From contig CAXXNF010000001.1 in NCBI GenBank assembly GCA_963666365.2, positions 288,001 to 352,000 on the forward strand: DNA of 64,000 bases, given 5' to 3'. Numbering within the stretch: the stretch's first letter is position 1; each line of letters opens with the position of its first letter. The translations under genes were made by a program, and so were the position numbers. A model generated the notes under the pieces. That model was not told where the DNA came from and made no database searches. It saw nothing but the letters and a program-made list of their open reading frames with translations. The stretch is from Syntrophales bacterium. Lineage in GTDB: Bacteria; Desulfobacterota; Syntrophia; Syntrophales; UBA2210. Positions 18,363 to 28,968 of the stretch are shown piece by piece.

Positions 18363-20000
18363 TCATTTCACCGCATTTTCATCATAGCGATCCAGTGCCC
18401 GCCCTATCGCCATGACCAGCGTTTCAATGCGATAGGGTTTGGTCACGCAGCCCGCCGCCCCATGTTGCAGCGCTTCTTTCACCTGAGCCGATTCCGAATA
18501 TCCGCTTACGATAATGACTTTCTGATCGGGATTTTTACTGAAAATTCTTTTAAAAGTTTCCAGACCGTCGATTCCCGGATCCATGATCATATCGAGAAGG
18601 ACCACGTCCGCCCCCGACTTCTCCAGATATTCGAGGGCTTCCTCTCCCCCGGAAACCGTGGCAACGGAATACCCCCGGGTCGAAAGAATGAGCGATGCGA
18701 CTTCCCGCTGCTCGGCCACATCGTCTACCACCAGTATCAGTTCACCCTTCCCTCCGCAGGATGTGGCTGTTTTCCTGTGTTCTTCTTCGTGAAGCACTTC
18801 ATCTACCGCCGGAAAGTAGAGGGTGAATGTGCTCCCTTTGCCTTCCCCACTTTCCAGGTCTATGTGCCCCTTGTGATCCTGAACACACCCCCACACCACG
18901 GCCATGCCCAGGCCCGTACCGCTTCTTCCCAGAACCTTTTTTGTGTAGAAAGGCTCGAATATACGTTCCCTGTCAACGGGAGACATTCCGATTCCTGTAT
19001 CGGAAACCGTCAGCACTGCATAATCGCCTTCCTTTATCCGTCCGTATGTCGCCATACGCTCTTTGACGCGGCGGTTTTCCGTTATTAACCTCACATATCC
19101 GTCTCCCCGCCCGATTGCCTCGGATGCATTCGACAGCAGTGTCATCACAGTCTTCGCCAGATGGGCCGATGACCCTTTGATGTTGTGCAGGTTCGTATCG
19201 AGCCGCACCTCAAACTCCACGTGAGGATGGTAGTGTCGAAGCAGTGCATATTCCGGAGTCTGAAGATATTCTTCGATGATCCTGTTCATATTGACCACCC
19301 TGTCAGCCTTCACACCCCTCCTCGCCAGGGTCAAAAGCTCCTGAACCATGGTCGCTGCTTTCTCTCCAGATTTCCTGATAGTGCGCAAAGGTTCTCTCAG
19401 GGGGCTGTCTTCCGGAATTTCCATAAGCATTAACTCAGGCAGACTTACAAGTCCCGTAAGGACATTATTGAGATCGTGCGCCACCCCTCCCGCCAGGGCG
19501 CCCACCGCTTCCATCTTCCGATCATAGAGGAAACGCCTCTTCAGCTCTTCCTTTTCTTCCTCAGCCAGTCCGCGGTAGGTCTCTTCGCTTTCCCGGAGCG
19601 CCTTTCCGTTTTGACGGCAGATCCTATCCTTATGCGCCGCCATGTCATTGACAACCCATATCACAGAGGAATCTTCACCCAGCGTTTGTACGGCCCCCGA
19701 TATGAGTCCACTGCGCAGCATGCCCGATTTTGTCCGGTAGGTCAGTGGGCGATTGGACAACAGTGTGTCTTTCACAACGGTCTCTTGAATATCGATCCAT
19801 TCATCGGGCGAGATCAATGCGGTGCACTCCGCCACGGTGCGACCCACAAGCTCGTCGCGTGAATACCCCGTCTCTCCTTCAAAGCGTCGATTCACCTCGA
19901 TAAAGCGCCCCTCATCACCTGTGGTAATCGCCATCATGCAGGGCGCGTCCCAAAAAACCATGCTCATTCTATCCGAAATGTTTTCATTGCCGGCGGACAT
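18363..20000 (-). CDS. PAS hybrid histidine kinase/response regulator
   Basis: PAS (FIEVNRRF...GYSRDELVG), AGGVAHDLNN, GRSGTGLG, receiver VVDD/DMIMDP/KPY; likely ATG at 20000 after AAGGGGG. Confidence 0.92.
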   Translation of the reverse strand: MSAGNENISDRMSMVFWDAPCMMAITTGDEGRFIEVNRRFEGETGYSRDELVGRTVAECTALISPDEWIDIQETVVKDTLLSNRPLTYRTKSGMLRSGLISGAVQTLGEDSSVIWVVNDMAAHKDRICRQNGKALRESEETYRGLAEEEKEELKRRFLYDRKMEAVGALAGGVAHDLNNVLTGLVSLPELMLMEIPEDSPLREPLRTIRKSGEKAATMVQELLTLARRGVKADRVVNMNRIIEEYLQTPEYALLRHYHPHVEFEVRLDTNLHNIKGSSAHLAKTVMTLLSNASEAIGRGDGYVRLITENRRVKERMATYGRIKEGDYAVLTVSDTGIGMSPVDRERIFEPFYTKKVLGRSGTGLGMAVVWGCVQDHKGHIDLESGEGKGSTFTLYFPAVDEVLHEEEHRKTATSCGGKGELILVVDDVAEQREVASLILSTRGYSVATVSGGEEALEYLEKSGADVVLLDMIMDPGIDGLETFKRIFSKNPDQKVIIVSGYSESAQVKEALQHGAAGCVTKPYRIETLVMAIGRALDRYDENAVK

Positions 20001-20132
20001 CGGTATCGTCACCCCCTTAACGTACAAGCCTTATAATATAATTGGAATTTTTTTACAACGTATGATGATGCTGCAGGATATCCCGTTCAGGTTCTCACGA
20101 AGCAAAATGCATGGAAAAAGAGGCGTCCTTCT

Positions 20133-21302
20133 CTATTTCCCCCGCAGAAGGAAGTCAAGGGCGAACTTCGCGTAGAGGGCGGCGCCTATTTCGAGGACGT
20201 CTTCATCAATCATAAACATCGCGTGATGGTGCGGAAAGAGTACCCCTTTCCCTTCATTACGAATACCGAGAAACACCATGATTCCGGGAGCATGTTTCTG
20301 GTATTCGGAAAAATCCTCGCCGGCCGTCACCTTTTCCATCGTGGCTATGTGCTGTTCCAGACCGAGACCTCTTGCCGACCCGTATGCAATTTCGGAACAG
20401 CGGCGGTCGTTCACCACCGGATCGATGGCATGTCTGTAGTCTATCTCCGCCTTTGCTCCATAGGAGTGGGCGGTATCTTCTACGATTCGCTGTATGGACT
20501 CCTTTACCACCGCGCCGGTATGCGCATCATAAAATCGTGCGGTACCCTGAAGCAGCGCTTCGCCGGCGATCACGTTGAAGGCCGTGCCGGCATTGAAGGC
20601 GCCAACGGTAACCACGGCGGGCTCGAGGGGATTCACCATTCTGCTTACCACCGACTGCAGATTCATCACCATGGCGGAACCGGCGACAACACTGTCGACA
20701 CAGCAGTGAGGAAGCGCCCCGTGACCGCCCTTGCCGGCAATTCGGACAGTAAACACATCGGAAGCGGCCATTCTCGGACCTTCCTCAAGCGAGATCTTTC
20801 CCGACGGAAGTTCGCTCCAGAGATGAATCGCAAAAATGCCTTTCACCCCCTCCATGACCCCCTCCTCTATCAGCCGTTTCGCGCCCTCCGTCGTTTCCTC
20901 CGCAGGCTGAAAAATAAGCGTTACCCTTCCCGGCAGCTCATGTTGCATTTTCTTGAGTATACGTGCGGCCCCGAGCAGCATGGCCATATGTCCGTCATGC
21001 CCGCAGGCGTGCATTACACCGTCACGTTCCGATGCATAGGACAATGCGGTCCTCTCCGTTACTTTCAGGGCATCCATATCGGCACGCAACGCCACGATAT
21101 CACCCTTCTGCGTCCCCTCCACGATGGCGACGACCCCCCTATCGGCAATCCGCCGGTACGGAATATCCATTCTATCCAGTTCCCGCTCAATGCGACTCGC
21201 GGTGTGCTGTTCTTTCCAGGCAATCTCCGGATACTGATGGAATTCGCGCCGCAGGTCAATAATGTAAGGGGCATACTTTCGTGACAACTCCCGAATGTTC
21301 AT
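20133..21302 (-). CDS. M20D family amidohydrolase
   Basis: LRREFHQYPE, ALRADMDAL, MHACGHDGH, FQPAEE, GEDFS; start overlaps the desulfurase stop (ATGA). Confidence 0.93.
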   Translation of the reverse strand: MNIRELSRKYAPYIIDLRREFHQYPEIAWKEQHTASRIERELDRMDIPYRRIADRGVVAIVEGTQKGDIVALRADMDALKVTERTALSYASERDGVMHACGHDGHMAMLLGAARILKKMQHELPGRVTLIFQPAEETTEGAKRLIEEGVMEGVKGIFAIHLWSELPSGKISLEEGPRMAASDVFTVRIAGKGGHGALPHCCVDSVVAGSAMVMNLQSVVSRMVNPLEPAVVTVGAFNAGTAFNVIAGEALLQGTARFYDAHTGAVVKESIQRIVEDTAHSYGAKAEIDYRHAIDPVVNDRRCSEIAYGSARGLGLEQHIATMEKVTAGEDFSEYQKHAPGIMVFLGIRNEGKGVLFPHHHAMFMIDEDVLEIGAALYAKFALDFLLRGK

Positions 21303-22447
21303 TGTGCTCCCCCGATTGCACATTCGGATATCGCCTTGACTACTGCGTCGGCGGCACGGTCGACCTCTTCGATAGTGGTCATCCGGCCGACGGAAAATCT
21401 CAGTGTCCCCTTCGCCCATTCCAGGGGCACCTCCATGGCCTCAAGCACATGGGACAGGGCAACTTCTTCTGCGTGGCATGCGGCGCCTGCCGAGGCAGCG
21501 ACGTCAAGGCCGATCGACTCCAGCAGATGATTTGCTTCAAAGCCCTTGAAGGAGAGGCTGAGGGTGTTGGGCAGGCGGGATTCGGGATGACCGTTCAGCC
21601 GAATTTCGGCGCCTCCGCCGGCAATGCTCTTGTGTAGCCGATCGCGCAGGGTGCGCATGCGTTTCATAGCATGCTCCAGGCCTTCGGCCGCAATTTCACA
21701 GGCCCTGCCCAGCCCGACGATTCCCGGCACGTTTTCCGTGCCCGCCCGCATGCCTCTCTCCTGCCCGGCGCCATGACAGAACTTCTCCAGTGCAACACCA
21801 CTGCGCGCATAGAGGGCGCCGACGCCCTTGGGTGCATAGAGCTTGTGACCGGCGATGGAAAGCAGATCTATGCCGAGGGTCGATACATCGACGGGAATCT
21901 TGCCGACCGACTGGGCCGCATCGGTATGCATCACAATGCCCCGCGACCTCGCAAGCTCAGCAATGGCCGCGATGGGCTGCACGGTCCCCACTTCATTGTT
22001 TGCGTGCATGATGCTTATCAGAATGGTATCGGAACGAAGTGCCGCTGCCACACGTCCGGGGTCGATCATACCCTGGGCGTCCACGGGAACAAGGGTGGTC
22101 TGAAACCCTTCGGTTTCCAGGTACCGGCATACTTCCAGCACCGCGGGATGTTCGATGGCACTTGTGACAACATGCCGCCCCTTCTGCTTCAGCGCCCTCG
22201 CCATACCCTTGATCGCCTGATTGTTCGATTCGGTGCCGCCGGAAGTGAAAAACACTTCTTCCGGACGGCAGCCGAGCAGCCCGGCCACCTGCAGCCGTGC
22301 CGCTTCTAAAGCCTTCTTCGGCTTAATGCCGTACCAGTGGGAACTTGACGGATTCCCGAAGTCTTCTTCGAGAAAGGGCTTCATTGCGGCACTCACCGCA
22401 GGATCAAGCGGGGTGGTACCGTTGTAATCGAGATAGATGGGTTGCAT
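21299..22447 (-). CDS. Cysteine desulfurase (group I, IscS/NifS-like)
   Basis: IYLDYNGTTP, FGNPSS, SGGTESNN, DAAQS, PLP lysine AGHKLYAPKG, catalytic SAGAACH. Confidence 0.93.
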   Translation of the reverse strand: MQPIYLDYNGTTPLDPAVSAAMKPFLEEDFGNPSSSHWYGIKPKKALEAARLQVAGLLGCRPEEVFFTSGGTESNNQAIKGMARALKQKGRHVVTSAIEHPAVLEVCRYLETEGFQTTLVPVDAQGMIDPGRVAAALRSDTILISIMHANNEVGTVQPIAAIAELARSRGIVMHTDAAQSVGKIPVDVSTLGIDLLSIAGHKLYAPKGVGALYARSGVALEKFCHGAGQERGMRAGTENVPGIVGLGRACEIAAEGLEHAMKRMRTLRDRLHKSIAGGGAEIRLNGHPESRLPNTLSLSFKGFEANHLLESIGLDVAASAGAACHAEEVALSHVLEAMEVPLEWAKGTLRFSVGRMTTIEEVDRAADAVVKAISECAIGGAQ

Positions 22448-23024
22448 GATACCTTTAAAAAACCTGTACACTACTCCCGGCCATACCATCGGCATGATGG
22501 CAGGCAATAAAATTTAATTTATGCCAAAATTGAAATCAGGTTGCAATAGTCTTTCTTTATTTCCTTTCTTTCACGCACTCTTCTACGCAAGTGATGCATC
22601 GCTCGTGTAGTTTCCGATTCAGGGGCACCAACTGAAAAAGAATGCAGCCCAGGGAACAGTAATGCCCGCATCATGTACGTTTCATTATATTGCCGACCCG
22701 TCGGCAAGGTGGAGCTTTTTATGATCTCCGGTGCCAGGCGCTGCCATCTAATAATTTCTGTGAACCAGAAATTACCGGGTACCTTTTTCCCAATTTTTGC
22801 ACTCTTCAAACTACCACATAAATAATCAATAATTATGATCATTATTAGATTACAAATTGATTATTACATAAACCGTTATCTTATGTTTATATCTACCAGA
22901 ATATTATTGGTAACAGCAAATAATGCTGATCCAGGAATCAATAAACCTCGATCTCAATTATGATCGAAACTGCGTCTTTTAAAGCGAAAAAGCGAAGCCT
23001 TTCTCGTTTGTTGCGAGTGGTGAG

Positions 23025-24356
23025 ATGAATAATAACAAGACCAAAAAGGGATTGATTCGGAAATTAGCGGTCATAAATCCATCGAAAGCATGCTCAGCAA
23101 TGGAAGGTCGGCAACCATTCAGTACGTTGAGCAATACCAGTGCAATTAATATCGATCACATTTTCGAAAACTCACCGGACGCCATTTATGTAGTACAGGA
23201 TGGGAAGTTCAAATATGTAAATAAAAAAGTATCGGAGATATTAGGATATTCCAAAAAAGCGATGCTTGAAAAACACGCCGATGAATTCGTTCACCCTGAA
23301 GACAAAAAAAGAGTGATAGAAAATTTTCTTAGACGATTAAACGGAGAAAACGTAGAGCCCTACATTTACAAAGGGTATGACAAAGATGGCAATCTGCAAT
23401 GGCGCAAGATTGCCGATCTGGTTATCTTGTGGGAAGGTCGGCCGGCAACATTGAATTTCGTAAGTGACGCCACACCTCGAGTAATTGCAGAAGAAGCCCT
23501 AAAGAAAACAGAAAGACAACTGAAAGATATAATGAATTTTCTCCCCGATGCCACTTTTGCACGAGATACTGAGGGAAAGGTTATCGCATGGAACAAAGAA
23601 ATGGAAAAACTGTCAAGGATCAAGGCAGCCGACATACTCGGAAAATGTAATCATGAATATTCACTGCCCTTTTACGGAATGCGAAGACCAATGCTGATAG
23701 ACCTCATACTAACCCCCGATGAGGAGTTAGAAAAGAGTTATGCATACGTCAAGAGGGAAAATAACTTCATATATGCTGTTAGCAGCTTTAATTACAAGGG
23801 AAAACATATTTGGATGTGGGCAAAATCCAGCGTGATTTACGATCATCATGAAAACATTATTGGTGCCGTAGAAACAATCCGGGATATCACCGATTCAAAG
23901 ATTGCTGAACATGAGTTAAAAGAAAAAACAGCAAATTTAGAGGCCGCCAATACAGCGCTGAAGGTGTTACTGAAACACCAGAAAGACGATAAAAATGAAA
24001 TTGAGAACAAAGTTGTCAGAAATGTAAAAGAACTGGTCTTGCCTTACCTGGAAAATCTCAAAGTCACTGGTCTCACATCCACCCAGGCCCGTCACTTAGA
24101 TATTGCAGAAAAGCACCTGAACGAATTGATTTCACCCTTTTTGGTGAAAATGGCCCTTACGCACGGAAAACTCACCACAAGAGAAGTGCAGATTGCAAGT
24201 TTGATCAAGGACGGTAAGACCACCAAAGATATTGCAGAAACACTGAATCTTGAAACCACGACTATCAACAATCATCGAGGTCGTATACGCAATAAACTGG
24301 GATTAAAAGGAAAGGAAAAGAATCTTCGATCCTATCTTTTGTCATTTCATAAATAG
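23025..24356 (+). CDS. PAS-domain LuxR family transcriptional regulator
   Basis: Two PAS domains; C-terminal LTTREVQIASLIKDGKTTKDIAETLNL...HRGRIRNKLG. Start uncertain. Confidence 0.9.
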   Translation: MNNNKTKKGLIRKLAVINPSKACSAMEGRQPFSTLSNTSAINIDHIFENSPDAIYVVQDGKFKYVNKKVSEILGYSKKAMLEKHADEFVHPEDKKRVIENFLRRLNGENVEPYIYKGYDKDGNLQWRKIADLVILWEGRPATLNFVSDATPRVIAEEALKKTERQLKDIMNFLPDATFARDTEGKVIAWNKEMEKLSRIKAADILGKCNHEYSLPFYGMRRPMLIDLILTPDEELEKSYAYVKRENNFIYAVSSFNYKGKHIWMWAKSSVIYDHHENIIGAVETIRDITDSKIAEHELKEKTANLEAANTALKVLLKHQKDDKNEIENKVVRNVKELVLPYLENLKVTGLTSTQARHLDIAEKHLNELISPFLVKMALTHGKLTTREVQIASLIKDGKTTKDIAETLNLETTTINNHRGRIRNKLGLKGKEKNLRSYLLSFHK

Positions 24357-24465
24357 TCAAGAGATATTAGGGACATGTTTATTGTAAAGTAAAGGCCTAA
24401 TGTTCTTTTAATTAGATTTTTTGCGATAGAATAATAAAAGTCCGATATGGCGAGAGGAGAGAACT

Positions 24466-26181
24466 ATGAATTATCTGATGCAGCCGAAAAAATATAAGAC
24501 CCTCATGGCAGACGAAGGATCAAGAGCGATTATGGCTAAGACGATCGCTTTCTTTGAGGGCTTGGGTAAAACCAAGCTTACCGAGGCCTACAACAAAAAA
24601 GAATGGCACAGAGAATTTCTTGACTTTATCGGACAGGAACAAATTTTTGCCAAATTACTGACGCCGAAAGAATTTGCAGACGGTGATCCTGACTGCCGAT
24701 GGGATACCGCCCGTATCAGCGAGTACAGCGAACTTCTTGCATTCTATGGGCTCGCCTACTGGTACTGTTTTCAGGTCAGTATCCTTGGTCTGGGGCCTAT
24801 ATGGATGAGTGGCAACGAAACGGTAAAAACAAAGGCGGCGGGGCTCCTCAAAGAAGGCGCCATCTTCGCATTCGGCTTATCCGAACGCGAACACGGCGCC
24901 GACATTTACTCCACAGAAACGTCCCTCACGCCCCGAGATGACGGCACCTGGATCGCAAACGGCGAAAAATATTATATCGGCAATGGCAACGAGGCCGCCA
25001 TGGTTTCCACTTTGGGGAAAATCAAGGACGGCACCGACGATTACACGTTCTTCGTTACCAATTATCTCAACAAGGCCTATGAACTGAAAAAGAACATCAT
25101 CAGCTCCCAGGAATACGTCGCTAACTTTGCGCTTCATGACTACCCCATAGCAAATGACGACATACTCTCACGCGGCGATGATGCGTGGAATTCGGCATTG
25201 AATACCGTGAACATCGGCAAATTCAATATAGGACCGGCCACCATTGGACTTGCCGAACACTGCTTTTACGAATCGATCAACCATGCGTCGAACCGCATCC
25301 TCTATGGAATGCCGGTAACCACCATGCCCCATGTGGTCAAAAATTTCATGGATGCCTGGTTGCGTCTGATTGGCATGAAGCTGTATCAGCGGCGCGCAAC
25401 GGACTATTTCAGATGCGCAAGTGAACAGGACCGGCGCTACCTGCTTTACAATCCTACCAGCAAAATGAAGGTCACACTGCAGGCCGAAGAAGTAATCGAT
25501 CTCCTCTGGGATGTAATCGCCGCCAAGGGATTTGAAAAAGACACCTACTTCTCTTCGGGCGCTGTTGCCGTGCGTGGACCATCAAAACTCGAAGGCACGG
25601 TACATGTAAATATCCAGCTCATACGCAAATTTATGAAAAATTATTTCTTCAACCCGAAAGATTACCCCCATGTCGAACCGAACTTTGAAAACAAGGACGA
25701 TCTGTTCCTCTTCAATCAGGGCCTGACGAAAGGATTGGGTAAAATTCAGTTTCATGACTACAGACCCATTTTTGATTCTTACAGAGACCTGCCCAATGTG
25801 GCTCCCTTTATCGAGCAGATCGAAATTTTCAAGGAAATGCTTGAAAAGGCCGGCCCCGAAAAAGCCCAGGACATGGATCCTTCCTGGTCCCTGCCCTTGG
25901 GGGAAATGTTCTCCATTGTTGTATACGGACAGCTCATTCTTGAGCAGGCGAAACTCGAGGGACTTGATGCGGATATCCTGAATCAGATTTTTGATTTCAT
26001 GGTGCGCGATTTTGCTCATTTTGCCCTGCAGATCTATGGCAATCACAGCTCGAAAGACCTGCAGCGGGAATATTGCTCAGAGATTATGCTCATTAAATCA
26101 GTCCCCGATCATGAGCAGTATAACAACGTATGGAATTCCTATGTCTCTGTTTTGAATGGTGAATTTACCATGAATGAATGA
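24466..26181 (+). CDS. Acyl-CoA dehydrogenase (long form)
   Basis: FAFGLSEREHGAD, NGEKYYIGN, AAKGFE, KLEGTVHVN; AGGAG RBS. Confidence 0.88.
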   Translation: MNYLMQPKKYKTLMADEGSRAIMAKTIAFFEGLGKTKLTEAYNKKEWHREFLDFIGQEQIFAKLLTPKEFADGDPDCRWDTARISEYSELLAFYGLAYWYCFQVSILGLGPIWMSGNETVKTKAAGLLKEGAIFAFGLSEREHGADIYSTETSLTPRDDGTWIANGEKYYIGNGNEAAMVSTLGKIKDGTDDYTFFVTNYLNKAYELKKNIISSQEYVANFALHDYPIANDDILSRGDDAWNSALNTVNIGKFNIGPATIGLAEHCFYESINHASNRILYGMPVTTMPHVVKNFMDAWLRLIGMKLYQRRATDYFRCASEQDRRYLLYNPTSKMKVTLQAEEVIDLLWDVIAAKGFEKDTYFSSGAVAVRGPSKLEGTVHVNIQLIRKFMKNYFFNPKDYPHVEPNFENKDDLFLFNQGLTKGLGKIQFHDYRPIFDSYRDLPNVAPFIEQIEIFKEMLEKAGPEKAQDMDPSWSLPLGEMFSIVVYGQLILEQAKLEGLDADILNQIFDFMVRDFAHFALQIYGNHSSKDLQREYCSEIMLIKSVPDHEQYNNVWNSYVSVLNGEFTMNE

Positions 26182-26253
26182 ATCGTGAGTTATATGGAAA
26201 ACCACACGCATGGATAACCGACGTTAATTATATAGTCATAAAAGGAATAGATT

Positions 26254-27306
26254 ATGAGGACACGTGTCACTGAAATGGTAGGAATCAAATATCCGATTGT
26301 ACTTTCAGGTATGAGCTGGATCAGCACGCCAAAAATGGTTGCGGCGGTTTCAAATGCCGGAGGTTTGGGTATTCTGGCGACGGGACCGCTCAGCAGCACA
26401 CAGACTCGTGAAGCGATCCGCGAAATCCGGAAATTGACAGATAAGCCCTTCGGCGCTAATGCATCGCTCATGTTCCAGGGCGCAGTTGAGAATGCCAAGG
26501 TTCTCCTGCAGGAACAGGTGCCGGTCATAAATTTTGCCCTGGGAAAGGGCGACTGGATTGTCAAGGAAGCACACAAATATGGCGGCAAGGTTTTTGCCAC
26601 CGTTGTTAATGTGCGTCATGCGAAAAGGGCGCAGGACTATGGCAGCGATGCGATCATCGCCACCGGCCAGGAAGCGGCGGCCCACGGCGAAGATGTCACA
26701 TCCATGGTGCTTATCCCCCATTTGGCGGACAATCTGCAAATACCGGTTATTGCGGCAGGAGGGTTTGCCGATGGCCGCGGACTGGCCGCCGCCCTGGCAC
26801 TCGGCGCGGAAGGGATTGCCATGGGCACACGAATGATGACCACCAAGGAAAGCCCGCTGCACGACAGTTTCAAAAAACTGTCTTTGGAAAAAGATGTTTA
26901 TGACACACTTTTTTCCACACGCCTGGACGGCATCCTTTGCCGTGTCATGAAAACTGATGCCGCCGAACGGGCAGTCAAAAACGGGTTAAGCCTCTATGCG
27001 GCGTTCGTCAATTCTCGGGAAATCGCCCGACAGGTTAATGTTCCCTACTTTAAACTATTTCTCGGCGTTCTGGCATCAGGCTGGGCGAACGCCAGGCAGA
27101 TGGCCTACATGGCCAATGCCTTTAAGGCATTCCAATCGGCGACTGAGGAAGGCAATACAAAATCCGGCATTCTTCCTGTCGGTCAGGTACAGGGCCTGAT
27201 TCATGACGAACCTACAGTGGTGGAATTGTTTGAGAGAATATTACTGGAAGCGCACAAGGCGCAGTCTAAAGTAAATGCGGCCTTATCAGTAAGTGCTGAT
27301 GCATGA
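26254..27306 (+). CDS. Nitronate monooxygenase / FabK-like flavoprotein
   Basis: KYPIVLSGM, AAVSNAGGLG, EAAAH, PVIAAGGFADGRG, GIAMGTR. Confidence 0.9.
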   Translation: MRTRVTEMVGIKYPIVLSGMSWISTPKMVAAVSNAGGLGILATGPLSSTQTREAIREIRKLTDKPFGANASLMFQGAVENAKVLLQEQVPVINFALGKGDWIVKEAHKYGGKVFATVVNVRHAKRAQDYGSDAIIATGQEAAAHGEDVTSMVLIPHLADNLQIPVIAAGGFADGRGLAAALALGAEGIAMGTRMMTTKESPLHDSFKKLSLEKDVYDTLFSTRLDGILCRVMKTDAAERAVKNGLSLYAAFVNSREIARQVNVPYFKLFLGVLASGWANARQMAYMANAFKAFQSATEEGNTKSGILPVGQVQGLIHDEPTVVELFERILLEAHKAQSKVNAALSVSADA

Positions 27307-27483
27307 GTGCGCTTCCAGTAATAAAGAGAAACAGCACAGCGTAAGAGCGACGCAGTTCGTCAACATCTCTCACTATAGGGCAAAAGATATGCCGTGTGCA
27401 TTGAAAATTTTTGTCACAAAATAATCACGTTAGAACAGTTGTGATTAAAACAGAAATACTGGAAGGAAAGAAAGGAGAACAAA

Positions 27484-28830
27484 ATGTTAACAAAAAAGTC
27501 TGTAACGAAGCTGTTGGTTGTTTTCGGTTTCATTCTGGCACTGTCAGGATTATCTGTAACATCGCACGCCGCGATTCCCGGATTCGACCTGACAAAAATG
27601 TCCGATATGTCCTATTACGATCCGAATAATGTGGTAATGCCGACCGGTGATACGATCAAGATCGGCCTTCTCGAGCCTTTCTCGGGTCCCGGCGGCGGTA
27701 TTGGATTGATATTTTGGTGTACCGTGAACTGGGCTGTCCACGATATAAACAAGCAGGGGGGTATTTTTGTCGACGGAAAGAAGAAAAAAATAGAGGTAAT
27801 CAAAGGAGATACCCAGTCAAAGCCGGCGGTAACAAAGAAAGCGGCTGAAAAACTCTGTCTCGAAGATAAAATCGATGTATTATGGGGCACTTCCGGTAGT
27901 CACCTGACATTGATTGCACAGACGGTAGTGAAAAAATATAAAGTCATCATGATGAATGCCGAATCTTTGTCAAACGGCCTTATGGACGGAACCAACTTCA
28001 ACCGTTATGTCTTTAGAACCTGTCTCAACAATTCGATGTTCGGCGATGCAATGGCCTATTTTTATTCCAAACGGCCGGAAACCAAATTTTACATCCTTTG
28101 CCAGGATTATATGTTCGGCCATGAATTTGCGCAGGTTTTCAAAGACGGTTTAAAAAAATACAAGCCGAACGCCATAATCGCCGGTGAAGATTATCACCCG
28201 CTTTTTCTGAAGGATTTTGCACCCTATATCACCAAAATACAGGGTTCGGGCGCCGAAGTGATCTATACGGGCGATTTCGATCCCGATGCGGCAAACCTGA
28301 TCAAGCAGACTCGCGCGCTTGGTGTCAATCTCCCAATCGCAAATATCTACGCGGACGCCGCCAACACGATGCAGGCGATCGGCGGCCCCGGGGGAGTCGG
28401 CATGGTCAACGGCAATGATTACCTGCACTCGGTAGAGACGCCTGAAAACCAGGCATTCGTAAAAGCATGGCATGAAGCGGCCTTGAAGTGGGGCAAGCCC
28501 TACGACAGCATAATGTGGAAATACCCCATCGGCATGGGCGGGCGGCCCGTGACGACGACATACTGGCTCTTCAGCGTCATCGAACGGGCCGGAAGCACCG
28601 ATCCCGAAAAGATCATCAAAACCTGGGAAGGCGATGAATATAAATCCATCGTCGGTGTGATGAAAATGCGGGCCTGCGATCATCAGGCAATCAAACCGCT
28701 TTTCATTTCCGAATTTGTCTATCCCAACAAATGGATTCCCGACGCCGCCCATTGCGGAGAAACCTTCGTGGTGCCGGCTGAATACTGTACCCCTCCGCTT
28801 CCCGCCGATCTTGACAGGTGCAGCAAATAG
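27484..28830 (+). CDS. ABC substrate-binding protein (branched-chain amino acid/LivK-like family)
   Basis: Signal peptide; IKIGLLEPFSG, INKQGG, QDYMFGHE, KDFAPYITKI, MRACDHQ. Confidence 0.88.
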   Translation: MLTKKSVTKLLVVFGFILALSGLSVTSHAAIPGFDLTKMSDMSYYDPNNVVMPTGDTIKIGLLEPFSGPGGGIGLIFWCTVNWAVHDINKQGGIFVDGKKKKIEVIKGDTQSKPAVTKKAAEKLCLEDKIDVLWGTSGSHLTLIAQTVVKKYKVIMMNAESLSNGLMDGTNFNRYVFRTCLNNSMFGDAMAYFYSKRPETKFYILCQDYMFGHEFAQVFKDGLKKYKPNAIIAGEDYHPLFLKDFAPYITKIQGSGAEVIYTGDFDPDAANLIKQTRALGVNLPIANIYADAANTMQAIGGPGGVGMVNGNDYLHSVETPENQAFVKAWHEAALKWGKPYDSIMWKYPIGMGGRPVTTTYWLFSVIERAGSTDPEKIIKTWEGDEYKSIVGVMKMRACDHQAIKPLFISEFVYPNKWIPDAAHCGETFVVPAEYCTPPLPADLDRCSK

Positions 28831-28854
28831 TAAAATGATTCAGGCAAAATGAAG

Positions 28855-28900
28855 AAAGAGGCCATACTCTGAACGATGCCGGGATATGGCCTTTTTTATT
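28855..28900 (+). terminator. Rho-independent terminator-like hairpin
   Basis: AGGCCATA...TATGGCCT followed by TTTTTATT; the loop is long. Confidence 0.55.
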
Positions 28901-28968
28901 GACCTTCAAAAAATATTCAGCCGTGCCTCAATGGTGCGGATTATTAAAATTATTCTTCGAGGCTTACC

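Noticed and set aside
22519..22842. 107-aa minus ORF at the edge of the AT-rich block, possibly a transposase remnant
   Set aside because: No catalytic motif or RBS recognised; cannot be supported without a search.
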